From an uncultured Chromatiales bacterium (lineage in GTDB: Bacteria > Pseudomonadota > Gammaproteobacteria > Poriferisulfidales > Oxydemutatoraceae): 62,922 bases of DNA. The stretch covers positions 1 through 62,922 of the forward strand of contig CAYFZO010000012.1 of assembly GCA_964347615.1 (NCBI GenBank), written 5' to 3'. The position numbers and the translations under genes are program-made. Within the stretch, counting starts at the first letter, position 1, and the number at the start of each line of letters is the position of its first letter. This document shows positions 28,708 to 40,983 of the stretch, one piece after another. The notes under the pieces were generated by a model. The model was not told the DNA's origin. It searched no databases and saw only the letters and a program-made list of their open reading frames with translations.

Positions 28708-30429
28708 ATGACTTTACTCCGCCCGGTTGACGACCCTGACAACCAGCATAAAACGTCCGTCTTGCCGCTCGCGGAAGACGAACGCAAGCGACTGACGCAG
28801 GAAGCGGCGGGTTACCCTTTCTGGACGCTCAGCGAGCGTCAGATCTGCGACGTCGAACTGCTGCTCAACGGCGGGTTCGCGCCGCTGACGAGCTTCATGA
28901 GCCGAACCGACTACGAATCGGTGCTCGAGACCATGCGCCTTGCAAACGGGGCGTTGTTCCCGATACCGGTCACGCTCGACGTGTCCCGGGAGTTCATCAC
29001 CCCGCGCACGGCGGACGACAAAATCACTCTACGCGACAAAGAAGGTTTCGCAATCGCGGTCCTGGCCTTGGAAGACATCTGGGAACCGGACTTCGCGCGC
29101 GAAGCGCAGCTTGTCTACGCGACGCAAAACCGCGCGCACCCGGGCGTCGCGTATCTCTACGAATCGTCCCATCCGATTTACGTCGCCGGACGGTTGCAGC
29201 CCATATCCGGCATCCGCCACGTCGACTACCGGGAATACCGCCATACTCCCGAACGGTTGCAGGCCGAATTCAAGCGCAACGACTGGGAAAGGATAGTCGC
29301 CTTCCAGACCCGCAACCCGATGCACCTCGCCCACGTCGCGTTGACCGAGAAAGCGATGCACGAACACGACGCGCGGCTGCTTCTGCACCCGGTCGCCGGC
29401 GTCACCAAGCCCGGCGACGTCGACTACCACACGCGGATGCGCTGCTACCGGCACGTGCTGGAACGTTATCCGCCGGATTCGGTCATGCTCTCGCTGCTGC
29501 CGCTTGCGATGCGCATGGGCGGCCCGCGCGAGGCCCTGTGGCACGGGTTGATCCGAAAGAACTACGGCTGCACTCATTTGATCGTCGGCAGAGACCACGC
29601 CGGGCCGGGCAAAGACGAGACCGGGAAACCTTTCTACGGCGAGTTTGAAGCCCGTGACGCACTGGTTGAGCACGCGCCTGAAATCGGTATCGAACCGGTC
29701 GCTTTCGACCAGATGGTCTACAAACCGCAAGAAAAGAAATACGCGTTCATGAGCGAAATCCAACCCGGAGAGAAAACACTTTCGCTGTCGGGCACCGAAC
29801 TGCGCGCAATTCTCGACCGCGGCGACCCGATTCCTGAATGGTTCACCCTGCCGCAGGTGTCCGAAGAGCTGCACAAGCAACGCCCCCCGCTCAAGGAGAG
29901 AGGCTTCACGGTGTTTTTCACCGGCTTGTCGGGCGCCGGAAAATCCACTCTCGCCCACGCGCTGATCGCCAAATTGCGCGAGAACGGGCGCGCAAGGATT
30001 ACGCTGCTGGACGGTGACGTCGTGCGTCAGCACCTGTCGAACGAATTGGGGTTCTCGCACGAGCATCGCTCGATCAACGTGCGCCGCATCGGTTACGTTG
30101 CAAGCGAGATTACGAAAAACGACGGCGTCGCCGTCTGCGCGCCGATTGCACCTTATGAAGAAGACCGCAAAGCAAACCGCGAATTGATTTCACTCTACGG
30201 AGGCTACGTCGAGGTGTACGTCAGCACCCCGCTCGAGACTTGCGAAAAACGCGACACCAAAGGGCTGTACTTGAGAGCGCGCGAGAACCTCACCCACAAT
30301 TTCACCGGCGTAGACGACCGCTACGAGGCACCGGTGAATCCGGAAGTCGTCGTCGATACGACCAACGCCGAGGTGGACGAGTCCGTGGACAATATCTACG
30401 CCAAAATCCAAGCGTTGGGATACGTGTAA
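28708..30429 (+). CDS. sat: Bifunctional sulfate adenylyltransferase (Sat) / adenylylsulfate kinase (CysC)
   Basis: FQTRNPMH and VGRDHAGPG (ATP sulfurylase); C-terminal FTGLSGAGKST, LLDGDVVR, FTGVDDRYEAP (APS kinase). Confidence 0.95.
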   Translation: MTLLRPVDDPDNQHKTSVLPLAEDERKRLTQEAAGYPFWTLSERQICDVELLLNGGFAPLTSFMSRTDYESVLETMRLANGALFPIPVTLDVSREFITPRTADDKITLRDKEGFAIAVLALEDIWEPDFAREAQLVYATQNRAHPGVAYLYESSHPIYVAGRLQPISGIRHVDYREYRHTPERLQAEFKRNDWERIVAFQTRNPMHLAHVALTEKAMHEHDARLLLHPVAGVTKPGDVDYHTRMRCYRHVLERYPPDSVMLSLLPLAMRMGGPREALWHGLIRKNYGCTHLIVGRDHAGPGKDETGKPFYGEFEARDALVEHAPEIGIEPVAFDQMVYKPQEKKYAFMSEIQPGEKTLSLSGTELRAILDRGDPIPEWFTLPQVSEELHKQRPPLKERGFTVFFTGLSGAGKSTLAHALIAKLRENGRARITLLDGDVVRQHLSNELGFSHEHRSINVRRIGYVASEITKNDGVAVCAPIAPYEEDRKANRELISLYGGYVEVYVSTPLETCEKRDTKGLYLRARENLTHNFTGVDDRYEAPVNPEVVVDTTNAEVDESVDNIYAKIQALGYV

Positions 30430-30544
30430 GCCCGGTTCAAGCCTCCCTCGCCGAACCCGAGCGGATACGGAGCCCCCCATCTCTCAACACCGGCTCAACG
30501 CCGGCTCAACGCCAGCTTGGCGCCGGCTTGGTGCCGACCGCAGC

Positions 30545-31318
30545 TCAAGCTTCCTCGGCCTTGACTTCTTCCCACAGCGCGTCGAGCTCCTGCAACGTCG
30601 CGTCGCGCAACCCTCGCCCCTGCGTTTTCAGCTTGTCTTCGACGCGGTTGAAGCGCGTCTCGAACTTTCGGTTGGCCTTTCGCAACGCGGTTTCGGCGTC
30701 GATCGAGAAACGTCGGCTCAGGTTCACGACCGTGAACAACAAATCGCCGATTTCCTCGGCGAGACCGTCCCCGACCGCGACCGCTTGACGCACCTCGTCG
30801 AGCTCCTCGTCCAACTTGGCGAGGACCTCGACGCCTTCTTTCCAGTCGAAACCGTCCTGTGCGGCGCGGGCTTGCAATTTATGCGCCATGCGCAAAGCCG
30901 GCAGATTGCGCGCCAACCCGTCGAACGCACCGTGGCGTCCCCGCTGCTTGCGCGTACGCGCCTTATCGGCTTCCCAACGCCGGGCCAGCTCGGCGTCGTC
31001 GCCGGCTTGCAGCTCGCCGAATACGTGGGGGTGACGACGCACCAACTTGGCGACGATGGCGCGCGAAACGTCCTCGAAGTCAAACAACCCTCGCTCGCTC
31101 GCAATCTGGGCGTGGTACGCCACTTGCAGCAGCAAATCGCCCAACTCGTCGCGTAGATCCTCGTAGTCCCCGCGCGCAATCGCGTCGGCGACTTCGTAGG
31201 CTTCCTCTATCGTGTAAGGCGCGATCGTCTCAAAGCTCTGCTTGCGGTCCCACGGACACCCCGTCTCGGGGTCGCGCAACCGCGCCATCACCTGCAGCAA
31301 ATCATCGAGCAACTTCAC
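30545..31318 (-). CDS. mazG: Nucleoside triphosphate pyrophosphohydrolase MazG
   Basis: GCPWDRKQ, IEEAYEV, DELGDLL, RRHPHVF; second domain EEIGDLLF. Confidence 0.95.
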   Translation of the reverse strand: MKLLDDLLQVMARLRDPETGCPWDRKQSFETIAPYTIEEAYEVADAIARGDYEDLRDELGDLLLQVAYHAQIASERGLFDFEDVSRAIVAKLVRRHPHVFGELQAGDDAELARRWEADKARTRKQRGRHGAFDGLARNLPALRMAHKLQARAAQDGFDWKEGVEVLAKLDEELDEVRQAVAVGDGLAEEIGDLLFTVVNLSRRFSIDAETALRKANRKFETRFNRVEDKLKTQGRGLRDATLQELDALWEEVKAEEA

Positions 31319-31381
31319 GGGCGGCCATTATAAGCCCGGATAAACCGGGGGCGCGAAGAACCCGTACAGAACCGAAGGCCT

Positions 31382-33973
<2,592 letters not shown>

Positions 33974-34037
33974 TCGGCGTTCATCCGGCGGTCGCCTGAC
34001 CGATGTTCACGGCGGCGGCCCTTTCTGCTTCGGCCAT

Positions 34038-34065
34038 ATATGGCGCCGATCCATGCGTTTTCAAG
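34038..34065 (-). promoter_or_regulatory. Sigma-32 (RpoH) heat-shock promoter of clpB
   Basis: Minus strand CTTGAA-N14-CGCCATAT, close to the CTTGAA-N13-15-CCCCATNT consensus, about 65 nt upstream of clpB. Confidence 0.8.
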
Positions 34066-34107
34066 TTCCACCGCGGTTTCCCGCCCCCGTCGGAACGTGC
34101 CCGCGCT

Positions 34108-34869
34108 TCAGGCCTGCGACGAAGAGCGAAGCCAAATCAGGCTCGCCATGCGACCGGTGCGCCCGTCCCTGCGGTAGGAATAAAACCGGGCGTCGTCGTA
34201 GAAAGTGCAACGAGGTTCGGCGAAGCAGGCGACACCCAAACGACGCAGGCGGTTGACGGCGAGACCGCAGAGGTCGGCGCGCCACGCGCCGACGTTGTCG
34301 GGCACGAACGCCAGCGCGTCCTCTTCGTGCGCGCTTGCGAAGGCGTCGCGGACCTCGTCTCCCACCTGGTACGCGTGCGCGCTGATCGCAGGCCCGAGCC
34401 ACGCCAGCAACGACGCCGGCGAGCGGTCGAGCGCGGCGACCGTCGCTTCGATCACGCCGCCGGACAGACCGCGCCAGCCGGCGTGCACCAGACCCACGCA
34501 GCTTCCCCGGCGGTCGCAGAGAAACACCGGCAGGCAATCGGCGGTCAATACGCCGCACACCTCGCCCGGCTCAAAGCAGACCCAAGCGTCGGCCCGAACG
34601 CCGTCTCCCGAGACCTTCCCGGCGTTGGCGACTTCGACGCCGTGGACTTGATGCAACCAACGTATCTCGGCGTCGAACCCAAGACACTCGCGCAACCGGC
34701 GGCGGTTGGCGGCGACGCATTCAGGATCGTCCCCGACGTGCATCGCCAGATTCAGGCTTTGATACGGTACCGGGCTCACTCCGCCCCGGCGCGTGGTGAA
34801 CGCCGCACCGACGTTCTCGGGGGAAGGCCAGCCGGGACGGATCAGTTCAATCGCTTGAGCCGGCTTCAT
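34108..34869 (-). CDS. pgeF: Peptidoglycan editing factor PgeF (YfiH)
   Basis: QVHG, LTADCLPV, HAGWRG, FYSYRR; between rluD and clpB. Confidence 0.93.
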   Translation of the reverse strand: MKPAQAIELIRPGWPSPENVGAAFTTRRGGVSPVPYQSLNLAMHVGDDPECVAANRRRLRECLGFDAEIRWLHQVHGVEVANAGKVSGDGVRADAWVCFEPGEVCGVLTADCLPVFLCDRRGSCVGLVHAGWRGLSGGVIEATVAALDRSPASLLAWLGPAISAHAYQVGDEVRDAFASAHEEDALAFVPDNVGAWRADLCGLAVNRLRRLGVACFAEPRCTFYDDARFYSYRRDGRTGRMASLIWLRSSSQA

Positions 34870-35836
34870 TACCGTCCGCAGCGTCGTACAAGCTCAGCAG
34901 CTTCAGCAACGCGCCCAGGGCCTCGGGCAACTCGCTTCGCCATTCGCACCGCTCGCCGGTCGCGGGGTGCTTCAAGTCCAAGCGACAGGCGTGCAGAAAT
35001 TGACGCTTGAGCCCCCGCAAGGCCAGGCTCAACTCGTCGCCGGCAACCGGTGCGCGACGGCGGGCACCGTAACTCGCGTCGCCTACGACCGGGTGGCGAA
35101 GATGCGCGGCGTGCACCCTGATCTGGTGGGTGCGCCCGGTCTCCAGACGTACGCGCAACAAAGTGTAACGGGCGAAACGCTCGACAACGCGGTAATGCGT
35201 CACCGCGGCGCGCCCGTCGGCGACGACGGCCATGCGCTTGCGGTCGCGCGGGTGGCGCCCGATGGGAGCGTCTATGCGCCCGCCGGAGATGACCACACCG
35301 TGCACCAGACACAGATACTCTCGACCGAGCGTACGCGCCTGGAGCTGTTCGACCAGCGATTTATGCGCGGCGGGAGTCTTGGCGACGGCCAACAGCCCGC
35401 TGGTGTCCTTGTCGAGGCGGTGGACGACGCCCGCGCGCGGCAAGCCCCTCAGCGCCGGATAATGAAACACGAGCGCGTTCACCAGCGTCCCGCCGGTGCG
35501 CCCGGCGCCCGGATGCACGACCACGCCGGCGGGCTTGTCGACGACCAGCAGCTCGGCGTCGTCGTGCACCACGTTCACCGGCGCGTCCTCGCCCTCGAGC
35601 ACGTCTTCCGCAACGTCGGCTGCATCGTCGCCGCCAAGCTCAAAAACCAAGCGTTCACCGCCGGCGACGAGGTCGCGCGGACGAGCCGAAACCCCGTTCA
35701 CCAGCACCCGACCCTGCTTGATGCGCCTTTGCAGAAACGCGCGTGAGAAAGAGGGAAACAATTCGACCATCACCTTGTCCAACCGGACGCCGGCGTATTC
35801 GTCGTCTATCACGACGTTGAAAGTTCGTTCCTGCAT
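34847..35836 (-). CDS. rluD: 23S rRNA pseudouridine synthase RluD
   Basis: S4 domain, HRLDKDTSG catalytic motif, GRTHQIRVH. Confidence 0.95.
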   Translation of the reverse strand: MQERTFNVVIDDEYAGVRLDKVMVELFPSFSRAFLQRRIKQGRVLVNGVSARPRDLVAGGERLVFELGGDDAADVAEDVLEGEDAPVNVVHDDAELLVVDKPAGVVVHPGAGRTGGTLVNALVFHYPALRGLPRAGVVHRLDKDTSGLLAVAKTPAAHKSLVEQLQARTLGREYLCLVHGVVISGGRIDAPIGRHPRDRKRMAVVADGRAAVTHYRVVERFARYTLLRVRLETGRTHQIRVHAAHLRHPVVGDASYGARRRAPVAGDELSLALRGLKRQFLHACRLDLKHPATGERCEWRSELPEALGALLKLLSLYDAADGNEAGSSD

Positions 35837-35917
35837 CGGCGCTCAAACGTGAAATCAATGGAAATCGTTACGCCAACCGGGCTATAATCCATTCCATCCG
35901 ACACCGATTTTACACAC

Positions 35918-36817
35918 TTGACCCCGCACCTTTCCCCGACCCCGAGAAGACATGGTCCCGCAGCCGCGGGCCGACGCTTGCTTATCGTGCTGCTTGCGAC
36001 GTGCGCGACGGGGTGCGCGTCGTGGTTCGGCGGCGACAAAACCGAAGAGCAGCAGGCGGAAGACCTGTATTTCCGGGCCAAAAGCGCGCTGCAACAGCGC
36101 AATTTCACCGACGCGCTGGAAAAATACAAGAAACTCGAGACCTCTTTCCCGTTCAGCCGCTACGCTCAAAGCGCGGCGGTGGAAAGCGCGTACGCCCACT
36201 ACAAAAGCCACCAGTACGAAGAGGCGATCGTGATCTTGGATCAGTTCATCAAGCTCAACCCCAACCACCCCAACCTCGACTACGTTTATTACCTGAAAGG
36301 GCTTGCGCATTACCACTATGGGCGGGGGCCGCTCAACCGCATCCTGAAAAGAGACCCGACGAACAAGGATCCGACCCCGCTGAGGGACGCGTTCGACGCG
36401 TTCAAGCACCTGCGGCAAAACTACCCGGACAGCGTCTACAGCGACGACGCGTGGCTGCGGGTCGTCATGCTCAGGAACATACTCGCGGTTCACGAAATCC
36501 ACATCGCCGACTACTACATGCGGCGGCAGGCGTATCTTGCGGTCATCAACCGTTGCAAATACGTACTTGAGTATTACCCCAACGCGCAGCACACGCCCGA
36601 GGCTTTGGTGCTGCTGGCCGAAGCGTACCGCCGCGTCGGCTCGCCTGAATTGGCGCGCGACACGCTCGAGGTGCTGGATCTGAATTACCCCGGCTTCGCC
36701 CGCACCGCAAGCCGCCTCGCGCGGGTGTCGGAACGAGACCGAAAGACCTGGTTCTCGAAGATGAAAGACATGACCGACACCCTGCTCGAACGCCTGCGCA
36801 TCAAGCCACGGTATTGA
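35918..36817 (+). CDS. bamD: Outer membrane protein assembly factor BamD (ComL); start uncertain
   Basis: Lipobox-like CATGC, TPR-like helices (FPFSRYA, HPNLDYVYYLKGL); divergent from rluD. Confidence 0.92.
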   Translation: MTPHLSPTPRRHGPAAAGRRLLIVLLATCATGCASWFGGDKTEEQQAEDLYFRAKSALQQRNFTDALEKYKKLETSFPFSRYAQSAAVESAYAHYKSHQYEEAIVILDQFIKLNPNHPNLDYVYYLKGLAHYHYGRGPLNRILKRDPTNKDPTPLRDAFDAFKHLRQNYPDSVYSDDAWLRVVMLRNILAVHEIHIADYYMRRQAYLAVINRCKYVLEYYPNAQHTPEALVLLAEAYRRVGSPELARDTLEVLDLNYPGFARTASRLARVSERDRKTWFSKMKDMTDTLLERLRIKPRY

Positions 36818-36889
36818 CGCGCCGACGCGACGAAGCGCCGTTCGTCCGGAAGCGTCCCCAACAAAGAGTTCGAACCGGACGCCACGCGA

Positions 36890-37553
36890 CGGAAACGACG
36901 GAACTCAAAGCCGCGTCTTCTCCCGGCGGCGAGCCTTGAACCCGGAAGTCATCGCCGGAAATCATCAGATAACGTCGGCCCCTGCCGAACGCCTTCTCGG
37001 TTATCCCGACGCCGGGCGGTGCCCGTCGCCGCTCGTATTCCTGCCTCAGCACCACGTCCAGCAACTTCACGCACCGTCGCCGATCCGAAAGCCCGACGCC
37101 CTGAGACGGAAACGCACGGCTTACCGGTGGGCGGCGGAAACGACGGAACTCAAAGCCGCGTCTTCTCCCGGCGGCGAGCCTTGAACCCGGAAGTCATCGC
37201 CGGAAATCATCAGATAACGTCGGCCCCTGCCGAACGCCTTCTCGGTTATCCCGACGCCGGGCGGTGCCCGTCGCCGCTCGTATTCCTGCCTCAGCACCAC
37301 GTCCAGCAACTTCACGCACCGTCGCCGATCCGAAAGCCCGACGCCCTGAGACGGAAACGCACGGCTTACCGGTGGGCGGCGGAAACGACGGAACTCAAAG
37401 CCGCGTCTTCTCCCGGCGGCGAGCCTTGAACCCGGAAGTCATCGGGTAACGCCGGTCCCTGCCGAACGCCTTCTCGGTTATCCTGACGCCGGGCGGCGCC
37501 TGTCGCCGCTTGTATTCCTGCTTCAACACCATGTCCAGCACTTCACGCACCGT
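36890..37553. repeat. 245-bp tandem array derived from the nadE 3' end (two identical units plus the gene end itself)
   Basis: A 65-bp block is identical at 36890, 37135 and 37380; a diverged 123-bp copy of nadE 37432-37553 occurs at 36955 and 37200. Confidence 0.95.
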
Positions 37554-39062
37554 ATCCTCGGGAAAACCGCGAGCGATCATGTCTTCGTAGGACGCGTCGG
37601 CCTCGATGAATTCCTCGATGATGGCGTCGAGTGTCTCGTACGGCGGCAGACGGTCCTGGTCGGTCTGTCCCGGCGCGAGTTCGGCCGAAGGCGGACGCTC
37701 GATGACGCGCCGCGGAATGACTTCCCGGTCGCGGTTGCAAAATTCGGCGAGTTGGTACACGCGCGTTTTGATCACGTCCTTCAACGGTGCGTAAGCACCC
37801 GCCATGTCGCCGTACAGGGTCGCGTAGCCGACCGCCATTTCACTCTTGTTGCCGGTCGCAATCACCGCGAGACGGTGCTTGTTCGCAATCGCCATCAACA
37901 AATTGCCGCGCACCCGCGCCTGCATGTTCTCTTCGGTCACGTCCGCCGGCGCGGCGGCGAAAACGTCCTTGAGTTGCTCCTGCAGGGTTCGGAAAACCGG
38001 TTCGATGCCGATTTCGTGCAGTTGCACGCCCGCGGCGGCGGCAAGCGTGCGCGAGTCCTCAAGGCTCATGTCCGCAGTGTAACGCGACGGCATCATCACC
38101 GCGCGCACCCGTTCGCCGCCGATCGCCTCGACGGCGAGCATCAATGTCACCGCCGAATCAATCCCGCCCGACAGACCGATGACGGCGCCTTCGAACTCGT
38201 TCTTGCCGATGTAGTCGCGCAACCCCGTCACCAGTGCGCGCCAGATCGTTTCCTGAGTCGAAAGGGCGGCACGCGGCGCGCGAGTGCGCTCGATCCTCCC
38301 CCCGGGCGACAAATCAAGGCAACAAACGTCTTCCTCGAACAACGGCGCCGACCATAACGTGTCGCCGTCGGCGGAAACCGCGCGCGAATCCCCGTCGAAC
38401 ACGAGTTCGTCCTGCCCCCCCACTTGATTCGCGTAAACAATCGGCAAGCCGGTCTCGCGCGTACGCGCGCGCAGCATCTCGCTGCGCTGTTCGCTTTTGC
38501 CGACGTGAAAAGGCGACGCGTTGATGCTGACCAGCACGTCGGCGCCGACCTGCGACGCCTGCGACGCGGGGCCCGCGGCGCTCCAAGCGTCTTCGCACAC
38601 GATCAGCCCTGCGCGCACCTCGCCGGCCCGGACGACGCACGGCGACGCACCCGCCTCGAAATAACGTTTCTCGTCGAATACCGAATAGTTGGGCAGCAGC
38701 ATCTTGTCGTAGTGCGCGAGCACTTTCCCGTGACCGAGATAGAACGCCGAATTGAACAGTTTTCCGCCGGCGCGGCGCGGTGCGCCGACGACGACCCCGA
38801 CTCCCGGCGCCTCGGCGTGCAGTTGTTGCGGCAAGCGCATCAGCACCCGTTCGCTCTCGGCGATGAAATCCGAGCGCAGAAGCAGGTCTTCCGGCGGATA
38901 ACCGGTCAGCGCAAGTTCGGAAAAGACCACGAGCGTCGCACCGTCGCGCTCGACCGAGCGCACGGTTTCGACAATCTTCCCGGCGTTGCCGGCAACGTCT
39001 CCGACCAAGAAATTCAATTGCGCGACGGCGATTCGCACGGAAGAACCCAAGGGACTGCTCAC
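37395..39062 (-). CDS. nadE: Glutamine-dependent NAD+ synthetase
   Basis: CN-hydrolase domain (FSEL, KMLLPNY, VCED) plus synthetase (GLSGGIDS, ATGNKSE, YKRRQAPPG). Confidence 0.96.
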   Translation of the reverse strand: MSSPLGSSVRIAVAQLNFLVGDVAGNAGKIVETVRSVERDGATLVVFSELALTGYPPEDLLLRSDFIAESERVLMRLPQQLHAEAPGVGVVVGAPRRAGGKLFNSAFYLGHGKVLAHYDKMLLPNYSVFDEKRYFEAGASPCVVRAGEVRAGLIVCEDAWSAAGPASQASQVGADVLVSINASPFHVGKSEQRSEMLRARTRETGLPIVYANQVGGQDELVFDGDSRAVSADGDTLWSAPLFEEDVCCLDLSPGGRIERTRAPRAALSTQETIWRALVTGLRDYIGKNEFEGAVIGLSGGIDSAVTLMLAVEAIGGERVRAVMMPSRYTADMSLEDSRTLAAAAGVQLHEIGIEPVFRTLQEQLKDVFAAAPADVTEENMQARVRGNLLMAIANKHRLAVIATGNKSEMAVGYATLYGDMAGAYAPLKDVIKTRVYQLAEFCNRDREVIPRRVIERPPSAELAPGQTDQDRLPPYETLDAIIEEFIEADASYEDMIARGFPEDTVREVLDMVLKQEYKRRQAPPGVRITEKAFGRDRRYPMTSGFKARRREKTRL

Positions 39063-39272
39063 AGGGCGGCGAACCCGCCCCGCGCGCCTTCCCGAAACAA
39101 AGCCCGGTACCTGTCCGCAAACGCGCCCGTCAAGCCGTTCCGGGCCGCTTGTCGGCTCAACCCGCCCGTTCGTCGCCTTGCGCCCGCCGCAACGCGAATC
39201 GGCTCTTTAGAATCGCCGAGCCCGCCCGGCAAGCCGGAGCGGGCGCTTCTGAAACCCAACCGGCGGAGAACC

Positions 39273-39731
39273 ATGAAAAACAAAAAGCAAACTCTGAACA
39301 AAGGCTTCACCCTGATCGAATTGATGATTGCCGTCGCCGTCATCAGCATCCTTGCTGCAATCGCGGTGCCGACTTATCGGGATTATACGATTCGAGCCAA
39401 GATCAGTGAAGCGCTGAACGTCGCCGCGTCCGCGAAAATCTCGATCACGGAATACTACATCAGCGAAGGCAAGCTCCCCGCCAATCTTGATGAAGCCGGG
39501 CTTGAGAACGTCGCCACCGACTACATCAAGTCGTTCGACTACACCGGGGACGAAAACCGAGGACAAATGACAATGACGCTTGCGGACGGCATCGGCGGCG
39601 ACGCCGCAGGCAAGGAAATCATCGTCGAAACCGTCCCAATCCACGACGGCGCGTTGCTCGAATGGAACTGCGCACCGGCGAAGGAAAACGGGGTGGACAA
39701 AAAGTACCTGCCGGCCAATTGCCGGAAGTGA
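39273..39731 (+). CDS. pilA: Type IVa major pilin
   Basis: MKNKKQTLNKG/FTLIELMI class III signal peptide; C-terminal disulfide loop WNC...LPANCRK. Confidence 0.93.
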   Translation: MKNKKQTLNKGFTLIELMIAVAVISILAAIAVPTYRDYTIRAKISEALNVAASAKISITEYYISEGKLPANLDEAGLENVATDYIKSFDYTGDENRGQMTMTLADGIGGDAAGKEIIVETVPIHDGALLEWNCAPAKENGVDKKYLPANCRK

Positions 39732-40930
39732 TGGACGTTCGCGCGCACAAGCACCTGTTCGGCTGGCGCGGGCTCGCCGCCGACGGGCTGCCCTGCTCGG
39801 GGTGGGCGACGGCGCGTGACTTGGAAGACCTGTCTCAGCGTTTGGCCGACGACGGCGTCACTTTGCTCAAGGCGCGACCCCGGCGGTTGGCGGTGCACTT
39901 CAATACGCAGGCGGCGTACCGTTTTCTCGAACAGATCTCATCCTTGCTGAGCGCGGGCGTTCCGATTCTCGAAGCGCTCAACCTGATCAAACAAGACAAG
40001 AGCTCGCGTCGGCTCGACGCAATCATCTCCGGCGTCCTTGAAAACGTCGAATCCGGCTTGCCCCTGTCCGAGAGTCTCGCGCCTTTCATCAAGCGCGGCG
40101 ACCGCATCATCCTGCAGGCGTTGATGCTCGGAGAGCGCAGCGGCAAATTCGACGAAGTCCTCGTCCGTTTGCTGGAACAACGCAAAAAATCCGTGCGCGC
40201 ACGGTCGCAATTGACCCGCGCGGCGGTGTATCCGGCGGTCTTGATGTTTATCTCGACCGCCGTCGTGGTGTTGATGATGGTTTGGGCGGTCCCGGAGTTC
40301 AGCGCAATCTACGCCGACTTCGGCGCCGCCTTGCCGGCTTACACGCTTGCGGTCGTATCGCTCTCCGAGTTCATCATCGCCAACGGTCTCTCTGCAACCG
40401 CGTGGTTCACCGCGACGATGGCCGCCTTGTTCGCGGTGCAACGCGCCAGCCCACCGCTCAGGCGCGTGCTTGCGCAAGCGCAGCTGCACTTGCCGATCGC
40501 CGGGCGTCTGCTGCGCATACGTTTCTATCGCCGGTTCGCAACCGACATGAACTTGATCTACCGCGCCGGGATGCCGCTGGGTGAAGCGTTGAGCTGGCTG
40601 CCGTCCACCAGCGAACACCCGCGCTACCGCGACGCGCTGGAACACGTCTGCGAAAACGTCAGCCGTGGTCTGAGCCTGAACGAGGCGCTGGCCGCCACCC
40701 GGTTTTTCCCTTCCTTCATCGTTCAGACGATCCGGGTCGGAGAAAACAGCGGGTCGTTGGAACAAGCGTTTGCGCGGATCGAACGATTTTACGACGACGC
40801 ACTGGAAAACACCGCCGACAAACTCGTCAAATTGTTCGAGCCGCTGCTGATCGCCGTGCTTTCACTGATTGTCGGCGCGTTGGTCGTTGCGATGTACTTG
40901 CCGATGTTCAATCTCGGTTTTGTCCTATAA
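39731..40930 (+). CDS. pilC: Type IV pilus inner-membrane platform protein (GspF/PilC family)
   Basis: LLSAGVPIL, GERSGKFD, YPAV, GENSGSLE, EPLLI...AMYLPMF; TGATG overlap with pilA. Confidence 0.9.
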   Translation: MDVRAHKHLFGWRGLAADGLPCSGWATARDLEDLSQRLADDGVTLLKARPRRLAVHFNTQAAYRFLEQISSLLSAGVPILEALNLIKQDKSSRRLDAIISGVLENVESGLPLSESLAPFIKRGDRIILQALMLGERSGKFDEVLVRLLEQRKKSVRARSQLTRAAVYPAVLMFISTAVVVLMMVWAVPEFSAIYADFGAALPAYTLAVVSLSEFIIANGLSATAWFTATMAALFAVQRASPPLRRVLAQAQLHLPIAGRLLRIRFYRRFATDMNLIYRAGMPLGEALSWLPSTSEHPRYRDALEHVCENVSRGLSLNEALAATRFFPSFIVQTIRVGENSGSLEQAFARIERFYDDALENTADKLVKLFEPLLIAVLSLIVGALVVAMYLPMFNLGFVL

Positions 40931-40983
40931 TTCAGCTTTCTGATTCCCGACGACGCGCGGACGGAAAACGCGGCCTTGTTCCG

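Noticed and set aside
36890-37553. nadE-end repeats as a diversity-generating retroelement TR/VR pair
   Set aside because: Differences are not adenine-specific (only half are A>G on the coding strand, none are transversions), and no reverse transcriptase is present in the window.
38424-39272. 435-aa ORF apparently fusing a long N-terminus to pilin
   Set aside because: The upstream part is mostly antisense to nadE; the pilin has a normal short leader starting at ATG 39273 after GGAGA.
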